Below, piece by piece: positions 62,283-64,000 of a stretch of 64,000 bases of DNA. Positions within the stretch are counted from its first letter, which is position 1, and each line of letters opens with the position of its first letter. The DNA is from Heteronotia binoei (taxonomy: Eukaryota). A program made the translations under genes and the position numbers. The stretch covers positions 164,424,001 through 164,488,000 of the forward strand of contig NC_083243.1 of the NCBI RefSeq assembly GCF_032191835.1. Direction: 5' to 3'. The notes beneath the pieces were generated by a model that saw only the letters and a list, made by a program, of their open reading frames with translations, did no database searches and was not told the DNA's origin.

Positions 62283-64000
62283 AAAGCCAGTATCTGAGAA
62301 CTGAGAATTGATAGCTTCAGCCAGAGAGCTCTTTTAACACAAGGGCTGTACAAAGTCAGGAGACAGTGACTGATTCAGAAAGTTTTTGACCTCCATTCTA
62401 GCAGTTTAGGCATTTCTGATTATATCCTGTTATATTCATTACCATATACAAGCAATACATGGCCACATCTTTTTGACTGTCAATACTACTTGCGGTTGTA
62501 CATCAAAGCAAGAGATCAGCAAAGAGTATAAAAGCTTATTTGTGTCATGAAAATATGCAATTTAATATTATTGATAATTGACATGTTGATAATGTTTCTG
62601 CAACTGAAACACTGATTGTTATTTGTCCTTTATTAGGAAGTGGCACACGTGAGGTCATGTAATATGTTATAAATATCCACAGGAGTACCTTGCATAATTG
62701 TTCTAGTGTACTGGATTATTGGCAGCTGTTCATCTTTATCATCTCCATTTCTGTAAAGCATTTCTAGGAAGGCCTTTAGCCCCATAAAAATCTTTGCCTG
62801 CCATTCCCTTCACGTACTGGTTATCCCAGCATTCCAACTATCCCTCCAGTATGCTTGAACTTCAGTGTTTCTCTTTCCTGGACCACCCCTCCTCTGCCAA
62901 CACCCTCCTCCTAAGGGTGTTACAAGATTCACAAAGTAAGAAAAAAACAAGGAGGCATTTCCTCTTCCACAGTTACACCAGGTGTTGTGAGAATGGAGGG
63001 GAAAGCTGGTAAGCCAGTTATGGGAACTGATACAGAGAAGTTGTGCAACAAACATCCAGCTGTTTTTCCAGAGAACCATGGTATTTAAAAACAAAACCTC
63101 CCATGTGCAGATAAGCTTTAACTGTCATGGTTGTGAAGAAAAGTTTTGAAAACATGTGGGTAGTTTGTCTGCTAAAAGCTTATAAATCAAACTGAATCAG
63201 TGTGAGGCTTTCAGTAATCAGGGTATTGGTCTACATTCACATCCTGTGCCTCCACTAGCCTGGTCCTTTTCACCTTTATTGTCTGCCACTTTTTCCAATA
63301 TCCAAGTTATATAAGGTTAATTTGTATAATTTAGGCAGCTTTCCATTTCTATACTCCAGTATTTGGTTTATGTTAGTCAGAATAGTGTAAGATGGAGATT
63401 TACCATAGAAATCAGTACAGTGGCCAGAGGCCATGGATAACATAGAAAGTCTGATGGGTTACAACAGTTATCTCTGGATTTCTTTTTTGCTTCTGTCTGC
63501 TCACAAGACATCATATGCATTGAAATATTGTGCTGCTTACAGGACACTTTACACTTGCACTCACAGCTATAAATATGGGAAGAAAACTGATTCTCGTAAT
63601 CTGGGAGAATACAATTGAGGGTATTATTGTACTATTGTATTTCTACACTGCAATGAACATACATTCACTGTGCATGGACTTTGGAATAACAAGTATGTAA
63701 AATCCAATCTAGGCCTTTTTTGGGGCAAAATCTTTCCCCCCTCCATTGGAATTTCAGCTTTGGAAACTTTGAACACCTCTCTCTTACTAGTTTCACACAC
63801 ACACGCACACAATCCCTCCCAACTTTGTCTTACCTAGATGTAATTTCTTTGATGGAACCCTTGACAGATGCAAGTAGACAGGTAACCTGTTGTTATATGG
63901 AGATGCATTGTTAGAGCAGCAGTTCTCAGACAAATATTAGATGAGCTTAGACCAAAGTTTGATATAGATAATAAATCTCAAAATGGAACAGAGAAAGGGG

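Noticed and set aside
61817-64000. Remaining SIGIRR exons (TPSSDFWKE... and the C-terminal tail)
   Set aside because: No matching coding sequence found in the window; presumed to lie downstream.

Overview
Vertebrate genomic DNA, most likely from a squamate reptile; a gecko is inferred from the repeat landscape (Squam3/MIR-like SINEs, young L2, CR1, a Penelope remnant, many hAT MITEs). Two + strand protein-coding genes lie in the conserved order ANO9 then SIGIRR. The window holds the last six coding exons of ANO9 (1170-14642, ending ...SEMDDSTEV*) and most of a SIGIRR-family receptor (33345-61816; the final TIR/tail exons lie beyond the window). The best lead is that this SIGIRR locus is not the mammalian single-Ig, leaderless type. 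It has a signal-peptide exon (33345-33438) and an extra IL-1R1-D2-like Ig exon (46111-46450), the two-Ig 'DIGIRR' architecture known from teleosts. That extra exon carries a +1 frameshift, has an L2 tail ending about 25 nt before its splice acceptor, contains an in-frame cryptic acceptor that could rescue it, and can be skipped in frame. The locus may therefore show a DIGIRR-to-SIGIRR transition in progress, or the frameshift may be a one-base assembly error. The rest is intronic or intergenic DNA rich in transposons, with two long inverted-repeat structures. Most ORFs in the supplied track are spurious or TE-derived. All family assignments are by eye, with no database searches.
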